Source: Tubulanus polymorphus | Lineage: Eukaryota; Animalia; Nemertea | Reading direction: 5' to 3' | Length of the DNA: 64,000 nt | NCBI RefSeq assembly: GCF_964204645.1 | Contig: NC_134031.1 | Coordinates: 3,968,001 to 4,032,000, forward strand | Part shown: positions 41,699 to 55,200 of the stretch, piece after piece | Position numbering within the stretch: the stretch's first letter is position 1 | Layout: each line of letters starts with the position of its first letter | Notes under the pieces: generated by a model | Told to the model about the DNA's origin: nothing | Seen by the model: the letters and a program-made list of their open reading frames with translations, nothing else | The model's database searches: none | Position numbers and translations under genes: made by a program

Positions 41699-44600
41699 AT
41701 GATTATTACCGTATTGTTGAGCATTCTTCTTACCTCCGTATCAGGACATGGTAAGTCACATTTGTACAATTTACGAACATATGTTGACCTTTGTATGATT
41801 ATCTTTATCTATGAAAAATGTCCTCAATCGTAGGATACATGCCATTTGGATGGGGATGGAATCCGATGATGCGACAGCAACCGATGACAAAAGTCGAAAA
41901 ATGTAGGTTTAGAAAGAACGAGAATAAAGTGACCAGTTAATTTCTATATTTATGAAGGAATGGACAGCATTATGACTTATGATTTGTTTGACTATTTTCA
42001 GGTTTCATATATGAACGACCTTGTATACTCAGCACTGGACAGTGGTTCAGCGAAGGCGATACCTGTTTCTTTGTGGGTGAAGATGCTAAAAAATTTGACG
42101 AAGCCGCAAGTGCGTGTAAAGCTCAGACTATTGATGCCCATTTAGCTAAACAACCCTTTACAAAATAGGGCAATAGCCGGTGAGTCTTTAAGTTAATGAG
42201 ATAAGTCCATTTGATATGAGTAGACTAACCAATCTGCACGTCATAGAAGAAAAACATCTTAGAATGTGTCTATCTCCTCCAATCGTTTTCAAAATAGCTG
42301 CTCTGAAGGCGTTCGGTATTGAATCGGCGATATTCGGATATCATTACCAGGAACAGGATCAGATATACGCTTATGGTGTAAGCTTACGTTGATTTACAAT
42401 ATTTTTCAATTCCGCTTTTACCTATATGTAATCCATAGCTTAGATAATGTTATAATGTTGTCATCAAAGAGAAAGCAAATTTTACCGTCATTATACTTAT
42501 TCATTCATCAGGAAAATGACTTTACGAACTGGTACTGGAATGGCGAACCTTCTAACAGTGAGTACCACACATAACGAAGTAGAACCAATTCTTCATGTAT
42601 CGTCAAAACCGTGACACATTCCTATTAATTTTAGATAATGATGAGGGATGTGTGATTATGTCGGTCGATCGTCCATTTTACTGGTGGGATCGGCCCTGTA
42701 CTGATTCCTTTCCTTATTTATGCGAAAGACCCGGTAAGTGAGATAAGCAACATTCAGTGTCACCACGCAATGGTGAACGGATGTTTCATATACTTTCTGT
42801 ATAGGAATCACATGAAATGAGTGGATAGCGGTTACTTATAATGGATTCTTTCACGGAAAAAAAGAATATTCTAAGACAGTTTGATTTTGGAATTGATGTT
42901 GTACAGGACAGGGTTTAGAAATTCGTAAAAAAAACGGATTACCGAAGATAATAATAATAATAATAATATTTATTTACAGTCCGTTACATAAAATATCTCA
43001 ACAGACTTTACAAATTGACAATAACATAAGACAATTGACAGATATATAAAATATTACCCAATAAAATAGATATTTAATTTCAAACGGTTGCTTCAAGTAA
43101 AATCATTTGTAGTGCTGATTAAATAGGTGCGTTTTCAATTGCGAGGTAAAACTATTAAGGGAAGATAAATCGCGCATCGACTGTGGCAAAGCATTCCAAA
43201 GGCGGGGGGCTACCACCGCAAAAGCTCGAGAGCCATAAAATTCTTGGCGGTATCTCGGTTCAAATAATTTAGTTGCCACGGTCGAGCGCGTGTGTCTGGA
43301 AGGTGTAAGAGTGGTTAAAACAGACGAAAGATAGGCTGGTACTTGGTCATGCAAAATTTTAAAAGTTAACAGGAGAATTTTGTATTCAATGCGCGATTGA
43401 ACAGGGAGCCAATGTAGTTCATACAGTATAGGAGTGATATGCTCGTGCTTCTTAGTTAGAGTGACTAGGCGTGCGGCAGAATTTTGAAGCATTTGTAGGC
43501 GAGAAATATAACAATTCGGAAGACCGTAGAGAAGACTATTACAGTAATCTAATTTGGAAGATATAAAAGCGTGAATCAATCTTTCGGTGCTAGTGCGATC
43601 TAAAAACTTGCGTATTTTACCAATGCGATGCAGGGAGTAAGAAATCGATCTACAGACGTAAGATATATGACAAGACATGGTAAAATTATGATCGAAATAA
43701 AAGCCAAGATCTCTGACTGACTGACAAGTAGCTATACTGTCATCTCCTATTCTAATACTTGATAGCTTGTCTCCCTTACGAAATTTTGACGTAAAATGTA
43801 TAACCTCTGTCTTACTATCATTAAAAACAAGTCTATTGCACTTCAACCATTCCTTTATTTCGTCAACACACTTCTCAACTCTTGATTTAGAAGCTGCACA
43901 ACTCTTGCAGACGAAATAAATCTGGGTATCATCGGCATATAACATTAAGTCGAGTTTATGTTTAATAATAATTTCTTCGATTGGTGCAAGATATAAACTG
44001 AAAAGTGTAGGGCCTAGTACACTCCCTTGAGGTACACCACACATGAGTTTAACATTTTGAGATGACGATCTGTCAATCACAACACGCTGATACCTATTTT
44101 CTAAATATGACCTAAACCATTCTAAAGGAACATCTTTCACTCAATACCGATTCTGTAATCTATTCAATAGAATACCGTGATCTATGGTGTCAAAAGCCGC
44201 AGTTAGATCTAATAAGACGAGCACTACTTCATCGTGATTATCAAGAGCTAACAAAATATCATTGTGTACTTTTTAAACTGCCGTTTCGGTGCTATGGAAC
44301 TTCCTATAGGCAGACTGAAATGTTGAGAAGAGGTTATTATCAGATAAATACTGACTCAAATCATTCAATACATGCCGCTCTATAGCTTTACTGATAAAAG
44401 GTAGATTAGAGACAGGTCGATAGTTACATAAAACATTTGAATTAAGACCTGGCTTTTTCAACAATGGCCTGACTGTTGCTATTTTGAAAGAGTCAGGAAC
44501 TGTGCCCTCAGTGAGGGACAAGTTAAAAATATCGACTAACTTTGGTAAAACTTCAGGTAAACATTGTTTTAGAAAAGTAGTGGGAATCGGATCAATTGAA

Positions 44601-46306
44601 CATGACTTATTGGTCATTGAAGTGATAATGTCGTTGAGAGACTTTTCAGTAACCGTACTAAAACTATTGAAGGAATGACCAAGATCTATAAAAGGAAACC
44701 GAGGGAGTGGTACATCAATAAAAGAATCACATAGTTTGCCAATTTTCACAACAAAAAAATCAGAAAATCGATTAGCCAGTTCTTTGGGATTGCTGTACTC
44801 TGGCAGCGCGGAAATTACAGACTTCTTATCACTTGTCCATTCATCGACAAGGGTGAATAACTTTCTCTGATCGTTTCAGTCTGCTATCCGACTGCGATGA
44901 TAGGATCTTGAGGCTTCATGCAACAAACTATGGTACTCAATCCGATTGGCATGATAAATCTGTTTATCGACCTCTAATTTAGATGAGATCCACTTCCGTT
45001 CGTGGCTACGTAAAACACGCCTAGCAGCCTGGAGATAACGGAATGTTGGTCTATTTCAGCCACACTCACGGATCCTAAAGGTAAAAACATAAAAATGAAT
45101 GATATTTTTGTGGAGGGGTATACAAACGAATATATTACGAATTTTAAAGAAAATTGAAAACGCGCAAAAGGATTATTTTTGTTGGTTTAATTAAACAAGA
45201 TTTCTTTAGTGCAAGGGGGGGTATTCTTCAATACACGTAACGAAAGTCGTTAATGCAATGCATTTTGTGTACTTGATTAGAGACATGCGATGGATGGGAG
45301 AGATATGGTAATAAGATGTTCAAGCATTTCACAGACGAAGTTACAAGACAAGTTGCATCTGATAAATGTAAAGAAAACAACGGAAAAATAGCAGAAATAC
45401 GTAGTTGGCATGAGCAAAAATTTGTCGCGAGTAAGTTCTGTCGGTGAGGTAATTTGTGTACTTCAATTACGAATTGAAATGATTGGGTCATTCGGACTCG
45501 TAGTTCAAATACCGGCCTGCTTAAATTTGTCAATCAAAATAGGCGCTACATTGCGTATTATCGGTTAATCAATACTCGATACTGGTACTCGAATGATCGG
45601 CTAAATCTTACTGCTTACGAAACCTAATCTAAAATGCAATTTTGATTTATGATTTGTAATTTCTATGGAGTGAATAATATTACTGTTTTCTCAAATAGGA
45701 AGTGTTTTCGTTGCCATCATCTATCCTCGTAACATTTAGGATATTAAAGTTTTATTTCTTTTTTTCCATAGCTGTTTTAAGGTCATCATTAAAATCTTTC
45801 ATCGGTTATCATCGAGTTGACTTCGATACTTCACCGACTCTGATCTGGAACGTAAGTTTTGCAATGGATTATTCTTCTGATACAAAAGTCAGATCACTTG
45901 GGACCGTATTACCGTAAGGTTTTGGTATTTTCTTTGTATGATTTACATACCGATTTAAAAATGATGAATGATATTTCTCCTCGATAAATTAGAATTCCAT
46001 GCGATAGTAAGTTTAAAACCCACTACCCCACAAAATCTAAAAGATAAAAATCGAATTTCATTTATCAAGAATTAACATTAGAATGCACGACTGTGAGATT
46101 GTTGACATTCGCAATGTCATTTATTGATTGCTGTATTTCATTTGAAGGATGGTGATGTCTTTACGAACTGGGGTCCGGGAGGTGAGGTTGCCCCAGCAGT
46201 GGCAGCTGCGGAGAAATACTGCACCGCTATTAACAATGATGGCAGCTGGAAAGTGGTAGAATGCGCTCAGACCGCTCATCCATTTATCTGTTCGAAGAAA
46301 AACTGA
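41699..46306 (+). pseudogene. C-type lectin copy 2, probable pseudogene
   Basis: Exon 42002-42179 is 178 nt versus 183 nt in copies 1 and 3 (5-nt deletion near 42148), causing a frameshift. A LINE is also inserted in an intron. Confidence 0.75.
42948..45031 (-). mobile_element. 5'-truncated CR1/L2-group LINE (ORF2 reverse transcriptase), frameshifted
   Basis: NYRPVSNLPFISK, FQSAYRKFHSTETA, GVPQGSVLGP, YADDTQ, SKLDYCNSLL, ELHWLPV; (TTA)n tail at ~42950-42967; probable TSD AGATAA; insertion absent from the paralogous intron in copy 3. Confidence 0.93.
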
Positions 46307-46818
46307 GCAATTCGTTAGAAATATACATGCATTTTGTGAAATTTCATATGTATTATCAGTAATAAAATACCTTTACTTGAATGCAGAAATCTTCTCCAAT
46401 TGTTTTTGTATTTTGTGGCTCAGACATTTTTGTAAAATATTCGTCCAGATAATTGGTAGCTTAGTCGGACACTATGCACAATTCAGACATATCCAATCAT
46501 ATACTGCAGCACGGACATTCAAGAAAAGAAGCGTTGAAAATTCCAAAATAATTTACGCAAGGTGTTAGAAAACTATAACCTATGTTACAGTTTTGCAGAG
46601 CGATTCACGACACGTTCACAAATCCCTCCTCTCCCACGGGTGACAAGTGCCCTATTTTGACATTCTTAGTCTCCCAGGTGACGAAAGTATTTGGATACTC
46701 AGAGACTGTAGATTTGCCCCCATTTGGATATTCTAGTGGGTTCTGACGATTTACCCGGTCCTGAGTGTTTGGTTCGGCGGCGCTTGGCTCTGGTAGTATA
46801 GCCTACGCGTGCACTGAT

Positions 46819-47102
46819 AGCTCACGATCACACGGGGACGGTTTGGCCCTGGCCGAATTGGCACGGATCAGGCCAAATTTGGTCCGACTGAAAACATCGG
46901 ACCAGGCCCGAGTTGATTTTTAGCGCGAGACAAATGATTGCGTTTGAATTGTAACTGGTTCCGGAAATGACTCACTTTGCTTTGTATGAGCTTTGTTTAG
47001 TATGGAGCAAGTGGTTTACGTATGAGTGCGCTCTCAAATAGGGCACGGGCCAAATTTGGCTCAGGCCTGACTCATGCCAGTTTGGTCCGTGTGATCGTAG
47101 CT
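46819..47102. mobile_element. MITE (PIF/Harbinger-like termini)
   Basis: TIRs AGCTCACGATCACACGG / CCGTGTGATCGTAGCT. Confidence 0.75.
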
Positions 47103-48467
47103 TATATCACTAGCTTAACTTTACTTTATTTGATAAACTCTTGGTCTTAATACAGAGACAATCACTTGCTACGATCACCTTTATGTGGTTTGTTATGATA
47201 AGTTGATTCAAAAGTTTCGTTGAAATCACTAGATAAATTCTGTTTTTATTGCTGTTTTAATTATGAATATGAATATACGGATATAGTACATTATTCCTCG
47301 GGCATGTACACCCCTGCCATTTTACCTCTGGCATTAAACCGTATACCCAAGCTGCATCGTTGATGACGAAAATTTTGTTGAGACTGAAATTGTTGTGGCA
47401 TATGTCCCACATTTGTTCTCTTTTTATGGATAATTTCTGGGCTGAACTCGTCATTTCTCAGTTCATTGTGGATATTCAGAAATAAACAGATGCTTCAAAT
47501 GCTCAATTTAACGGCCGGTCAATTATAATAAAGTGAAGCGCGAAGATATTTCACCCACATTTTTTTCTTGAATAGAATAGAGAATGGCAATAACAATTTA
47601 AAAAGCTGCACGTGTTGATAACATTTTTATTGTCTGATTTCCGTATCTCCTTGTTAGAATACGTGAATAAACATCAATTTCACGTGAACGAAATGACGAT
47701 AAAAACAATTTTAGATTGAGAATATGAATTTCAGCTGATTCCGCATTTAGTCATCATCTGAAAAAGGTATATATAAAGCAGCTGTTCAGTTGCTGTAAGA
47801 AGAGGCAGCCAACCGCAGACAAACACAAATATTTGTGCCAAGTAAATGATAAGTGGTCGTTATATATATGCGAATTTCATCGTATCTTCAACGAGTGTCG
47901 GAAATCAAAGGTTAGTTTAAGTTGACCAGTGGATTTCGGACATGGTGGTGACTATTAAAAAAACATTTATCATCATGGTATTTGTGCCAGGTTATTGGAA
48001 CTTTTGAGCAACTGACCACAGATAACCAACCGATGAATGCCGTGGTAACAGTTTTTATTGTCAGCATCAACCTCAAACCAACTTTTGAGCGAGGTCCCTG
48101 CTGTTTATAGCGTTTAAATCAAAGCCAATCTCCTTGTTCATTTTCATTACTTACTAATTACTTACTTAATCTTTCATTAGTTATCATAACACGATTAATT
48201 CTAAATGGACCTTTTAGCATGGAACTACAACCGCGCCATTTTGAAACTACATGTATGCTAAATGTTTGTCAAATAAACTGTGAACTGTATACCCGAGGCT
48301 GCCACAGTAAAACATTAAATAATTTCTGATAGGAATCAAATCAGTCTACTGCCATCTAGTAAATTAGTATAAATGCACATGTCACGTTTCATAGCCCTTC
48401 ATACACTTCCAAAATTTGCAATTATACTATGTAGTGTCCCTATCTTGCATATTACAGCTACGTTACT

Positions 48468-51159
48468 ATGATTATTACCATATTGTTGAGCATTCTTCTT
48501 CCCTCCGTATCAGGACATGGTATGTCACAATTTTACATATTATTACGATTTTACGAACATTGGCTTTTGTGTGATTATAGATTGGATATCAAAAATACCC
48601 TCTTTCAATGATAGGATACATGCCGTATGGATGGGGATGGAATCCGATGATGCGACAGCAGCCGATGACAAAAGTTGAACAATGTATGATAAGAAAAAAA
48701 GCGAGGATAAGTGACAAGCTAATTTCTAGATTTTCATTAAGAAATGCATGGATATGGATAATTACTGATTAACTTTTCAGGTTTAGTGTACGAACGGCCT
48801 TGTAGACTCAGCACCGGACAGTGGTTCAGCGAAGGCGATACCTGTTTCTTTGTGGGTGAAGATGCTAAAAAATCCGACGAAGCCGCGAGTGCATGTAAAG
48901 CTCAGACTATTGATGCCCATTTAGCTATCATAAACAACCCTTTACAAAATAGGGCAATAGCCGGTGAGTTTAGAATTAATGATATTGCAATATAAGTAAA
49001 CAATATTATATACCGGTAACCTATCTGCACATAGAAAAATCCTTAGAATGTGTCTATATTCTCTAATCGTTTTCTTAATAGCTGCTCTGAGGGCGTTCGG
49101 TATTGAATCGGCGATATTCGGATATCATTACCAGGAAAAGGATCAGATATACGCTTATGGTGTAAGCTTACGTTGATTTATGATATTTCCCAATTCCGCT
49201 TTCATCTATATGTAATCCATACCTTAGATAATGTGATTTGCTATAATGTTGTCAATAACCATAAAGAAAGTTTATCGTTATACTTATTTATTCATCAGGA
49301 AAATGACTTTACGAACTGGTACGACCAGGGAGAACCTTCTAACGGTAAGTACCATACATAACGAAGTAGAACCAATTCTTCATATGTTGTCAAAATCGTG
49401 ATGCATTCTTATTAATTCTAGGGAATGATGAGGGATGTGTGATTATGTCTTACCCTCTCCCATTCTTCTGGTGGGATCGAAGCTGCACTGATACCCATCC
49501 TTTTATATGCGAAAGACCCGGTAAGTCGGATGACGAACATCGCGGATAACGTGCACGTTATTCAGTGTGTGCGGACAACCCCGCTCTTACATTGTTAAAT
49601 GCGAAAATGGCGCGGTAAGGCGCAATATGTGGCGTCTTGGCCGCGGATGAAATTAGTGACCACACTCATCCCATCGAGGTAGATAATGATTCTGGGGGGT
49701 ACGTAGTGTGATCACGCAATGGTAAAGGGATGTTTCATTTACTGTTCGTATAAGAATGTTATGTATTCAAGAAATGTGCGGATAGCGGTTACTTATAAAT
49801 GATTCAGTCTCGAGGCCTAAGACGAAAACACTATGTTTTCTTGTGTGTGAATATTCTGTTTTTCTTTCACGAGAAAACAGAATATTCTATGTTTGATTTT
49901 GTAATTGATGTTGATGAAATAGAATAACAGGACAGGGTTTAGAAATTAGTAATAATCAGATTACTGAATATAACGGAATGTTTGTCTATTTCAGCCACAC
50001 TCACGGATCCTAAAGGTAATCATGTATTTGAAAATCATTGATATTTTTGTTGAATGAAGGGTACACACACGTATTGCAAAAATGAAATGAAAATGGGCAA
50101 AAGGATTACGGTTGTATGTTTATGATTTCATTAGTCGTTACATATATCGTAGAGAGGGCTTGGATATCTTCGATACGATTTAGAAAGTATCTCTTCCGTA
50201 AGATGATGGTTGATAGATAAGTCTATCGCGTCGGTCATATGTGATTACATCAAAACTAAATCGTTTATTCCATTTAACTATTAGTGACATGCGATGGGTG
50301 GCGAAGATATGGTAATAAGATGTTCAAGCAATTCACCGAAAAAGTTGTACGACAAGTTGCAGCGGATAAATGTAAAGCAATCAACGGAAAATTAGCAGAA
50401 ATACGTAGTTGGGACGAGCAAAGATTTGTCGGAGGTAAGTTCCGTCGGTGAGGTAATTTGAGATAAAATGATAATACAATAGCATACTGAAGTTATGACA
50501 ATGTCATAATGAGTCCAAATACAAAAATGTTTATATTTGAAAATCAAAATAGGCACCAGGTTTTTTGTTTTAATCAATACTCGATACTGGTACACCGAGT
50601 TATCGGCTATCTTACTACATGCGAAACCTAATCTAAAATCCATTTACTTCCTATGAGGAAGTAAATTCGGAACATTTCGAATCATCGAACATATTGAAAT
50701 TGTATCTAATTTTTCCATAGAACTTTCGAGGTCATCATCGAAATCTTACATCGGTTTTCATCGAATTGACTTCGATACTTCACCAACCTTTATCTGGAAC
50801 GTAAGTATTCAATAGATTATTCTTCTGATATATACAAAAAGTCGGATCACGGGACCGTTATATTAGTCCGAGTTGTCGTATCTCCGGAACGTATTTCTGG
50901 AACGGTATAGTTTTCAATGGATTTTTTCTTCTGATACAAAAATGGAAAATTATGAATACGTTCACAATGTCATTTATTGATTGATGTGTTTCATTTGAAG
51001 GATGGTGATGTCTTTACGAACTGGGGTCCGGGAGGTGAGGTTGCCCCAGCAGTGGCAGCTGCGGAGAAATACTGCACCGCTATTAACAATGATGGCAGCT
51101 GGAAAGTGGTAGAATGCGCTCAGACCGCTCATCCATTTATCTGCTCGAAGAAAAACTAA
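48468..51159 (+). CDS. Secreted C-type lectin with two CTLDs, copy 3
   Basis: Same exon structure as copy 1; open frame in the exons checked; CTLD1 motifs EPS and WWD. Confidence 0.85.
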
Positions 51160-52215
51160 GCAATTCATTCGAAAAATATAGAAGCATTTTGTGAAATTTA
51201 CTATGTAATGAGAATAGAATTCTTTTATTTGAATGCAGAAATCTTCAGATCGTATACATCTTTGTAGTCTACGAGCCCTCATTTAAACACGATACCCATA
51301 GGCCTACACATTGTTTGATGTTTAAACTAACGTCTTTGTGGTTCGAAATTTAGGGGAGTAAAAAATCAAATATTAAAGAAGAAGTCAAGAAAAAATAGCG
51401 ATTTTTCTTTTAATAGCGAATTTTTCTATCTGACAAAAATGAGAGGTTAAACCAAATACCTAATAAAAATTAGCGAGCCGTTCGGTCAAAAGGACGGCCT
51501 ACATCGACTGGCCGCAGTACCTGGGGGAGGCCTAACTAATAGTACCTATTCAAAAACTCCTGATTATGGCCCCTGTGAGCTCAAGGAAACATTTTCGGAT
51601 TTAACGTTATTTTCTCGTTATCTGTGGGATTTTCTACATGGCACCAGTCTTATCACACTTTTAGTATGTTTCATTCTGTTTGAAGAAACCAACTGACGCG
51701 GGCGATCGTGGAGTCCCATTTTCATATTGTAAGACATTTTCCGCGCCCGCACTCCGCAGATAGAAAAGAAGACTAAGAAGAACAATTTTCCTGGACGTTC
51801 TGACGAAAAGAGAACTTGAACCAAACATGTTTTCGTATTTTGGAGTCGTGGAGAAAAATAAAGGTAGCAAAAAATAGCTTTAGTAGCGCTACTTATCCGT
51901 CCGCAGCGAATAACATAAGTCGATTCCGTGTCTCCCTCGATATGGATGCCCTGGTTGGCGTAATGTCGGAACTTGGAATAGTCGGAGCTACCCCTTTCTT
52001 TAGCCGCCTGTAGGTGGTGGTAAAGTCGAGAACTGTCAAAACTGCGAAGTTTCGTTTCATCATCCCATCGCACGATTATTTTATTTTCCAAGTCAGAACT
52101 GCTCTCACAAACGTTGTCGCGATTAACAGAATTGTTAAGGCCCCACTGGGGTGGTGTCAGAAAGGGCCTTCTTGGAAGTGGTGGCAACAGGTCTTCCACT
52201 ACTGCTGCTGCGGGC

Positions 52216-55200
52216 ATGGCGAGATTAGTAAACTACGCGAGGCGAGTCGTCCAGAATTTTGTCGATCGAGCGCCGCCACTAATTAATAAAGTCGGCAGAG
52301 GAGGCCAGCAAAATTTTCGTCATGAATTTCAACACTCACGACCCGTTGCCCAGCCGACGAAATTTTCGCACGTGTATCAGAAATTTGCACGAAAATCGAT
52401 GGCATCCGAGCTACGCCGCAAGTATGTTCCCGCCGGGCTCGCCGGTTCAATTTTCAGAGCCGGATTACGCCCAATAACGGCTTTCGGATTCGTTGGAGTT
52501 GCATTGGCTGGAACTGATACTGGTTGGCACAGACGCACAACCGAACAGGAAGATATCTGTAATATCATACAGGTACGTATTACAAAACTTGATAGAAAAT
52601 TTTCAAAGAATAAAATGATCCAAGTTTAACATTTCCATGGCATCTATCATGTATCGCGGTGTTTAATCCACCCATCCTATTGCCCCAACCCCACAATGGG
52701 TTTCATCCATGTAAAGTTAATTATAGATTCAGTTAAAATCCCTGCTTAAGATGACAGGACCTGTTTAGATATCGATCTAACGATACACTGTACTGTGAGG
52801 TAGATGCAATATGGTAGTGCATCCATCATACATTGCACTGTGGTGTAATTTTCAAATTTTTATGGCAATATCAGGTCGGACTGAAAGGGTTACGCTAAAA
52901 ATGCTGAGGTACTGGAAAGCACTCTTATGCTGTGATTTTTAAAATTCTACATTTCCAGGACATTTTCAAGCGTCACGATTCTTCTTTGGAAACTGAATCG
53001 CAATTATCTGACGGAGCACGGCCCGCGAAAGTTGAGGACTTCGATTTCGGCAACATCATCGGTAAAGGTTGTAACGCAGTCGTTCACGAGGCAAAGCTCA
53101 ACAGGACACTCGATGAGTCGGATGAAGATGGCGTTCTCGATCTACCGCCAGTTGAGTTCAGCGTAGAAGAAGATATCGCAGAAAACGAAGATAGCTTCGT
53201 TGTCTTAGATGATGGTTTTCTGGTTGACGGGCGTGATAGCGAGGACAGCTTTATCGTACTGGATGATAGCGACGATCTACCAGAGAAAGATGATGTAAAA
53301 CCTAAAACTTCTGATGATGAAAATGGATTTTTGGATGACGATTGCGATGACAGCTTTATAATACTGAATGATACTAGTAATGATAGTATTGTTCCAACGG
53401 AGTTGTCTTCGAATGAATCGACGAATCATTCATTCTACGGCGATGAAGGGCAATTATCAGGTAGGACACTGACCTGATTCAAAAAGCTTGCTGAAAAATG
53501 GTTCCTCATTTAGATGATAAGTAGCTTTTGGCAAAACGGTCTGTTTTCCAGATAAAAAAGAAGCACCAGATTTTCGTCCTTCGGGAAATTTCGATCTAGC
53601 TGTGAAGATTATTTTCAACTACGAGGCCGAATCATGTTGGAATGATATCGTGGCCAGTTTCGAGAAAGAGGCCCTTCCGGTTCGCGCTATTGATTCGAGA
53701 CTGGAAGAAATGTGGCACAACAGGTGAGGATAAGTCATTATTCGAAACATGATCATGATCATCTGAAGATATACTTCAGGCCAGGGGTGGATTTAAGAGG
53801 AAGGTGCACACCCCAACTTGTCAAGTTATTTTATGGGAAAATGAAAAATATTTCACTGATAACTACAGGTTAAATCCATTTTCTCGTTCTCTGTATTTCC
53901 AAAAATGTTTTCCGATGAGCTTTCTTTGAATTAGACCCTGGATCCGCCCCTGCACTTCACATGAATGTTTCTAACTAATCAGTGCGTATTTGATATACAT
54001 TTTTACAGGCATCGGTGTAAAATGAAACGTTTACCGCCACATCCGAATATCGTTGCCATGCCGATGATGTTCGTCGACGACGTGCCTCTTTTGAACGGAG
54101 CCGAATCGGAATATCCGCTTGCGTTGCCTGTAAAACTTAATCCGGACGGATACGGCAGAAATCAGACTATGTTTCTCGTCATGAAAAAGTATGTACAGAT
54201 TGTTAGTCAAGACATAATAGACATGGTATGGGTTGCCTCGAGAATATTCTAATCACATTATTTAGAGCCTTTATTATCCCTACTGTTTGGCGTTGATTAT
54301 ATAAACTTTGTTTACATAATCAACCGATTCAAAATGCCTGTTGTGTTAACTTTGTTTCTGGTTATTATGTGTAATGGATTTGTCTAGGAAATATGCCGGG
54401 AAACGACGAAGTATGATTTTGAATTGTAGGTACGATTACACATTGCGGGAGTATCTAGCCAATCATGATTTGGATTATGAACAATCAACATTTCTATTCG
54501 CTCAGCTGCTTGAAGGGCTACTTCACCTGCACAAACACCGGGTGGCGCATCGAGACCTCAAAAGTAATAATGTTCTGATTCACCGTCAGAAAGGTTTGTT
54601 TTTCGAAATTTCATTGAAAGAAATATGGAACTAAGATAGTTGCTAAGGTTAATACTTTACGGTTTTCATGGACTTGTTTTGTAGACGAAGCTGAGTTAGT
54701 TATCTGTGATTTTGGTAGTTGTTTATCGGAAGGTCGGTTGAAGATACCATACAATTCTTCGGAAGTTAGTAAAGGTGGAAATGCAGCACTTATGGCTCCC
54801 GAGGTAGGTTAACATGGTGACTACTCTCTTTCGACTTGGATCTTTACCAGAGAAATTTGATAGCAGCTTATATGAAAGAGAATATCGGGTACCAAACTTT
54901 TTAGATTTAATACCCCAAAACTGTTTTGTTAATCAATTAGTAGAGCTGAAGGGAGGGCTTCCTGGTATTTGTTTCATTAGAATAGTGACATCGCATGTAC
55001 TCACATGGTTGACTTTTTCATTTTTGGATCCATGTACCGGTATCTCCTTGGATGAAATCAATGTATTTCTATGCAGTCCCTCTGTAGTTATGTCTATGGA
55101 TTATGCTGTAGATTGCCAAAGCAGAGCCTGGACCGAAGTCTTTTCTCGACTATGACAAAGCTGATGTTTGGGCGGCTGGAACATTGGCGTACGAGATTTA

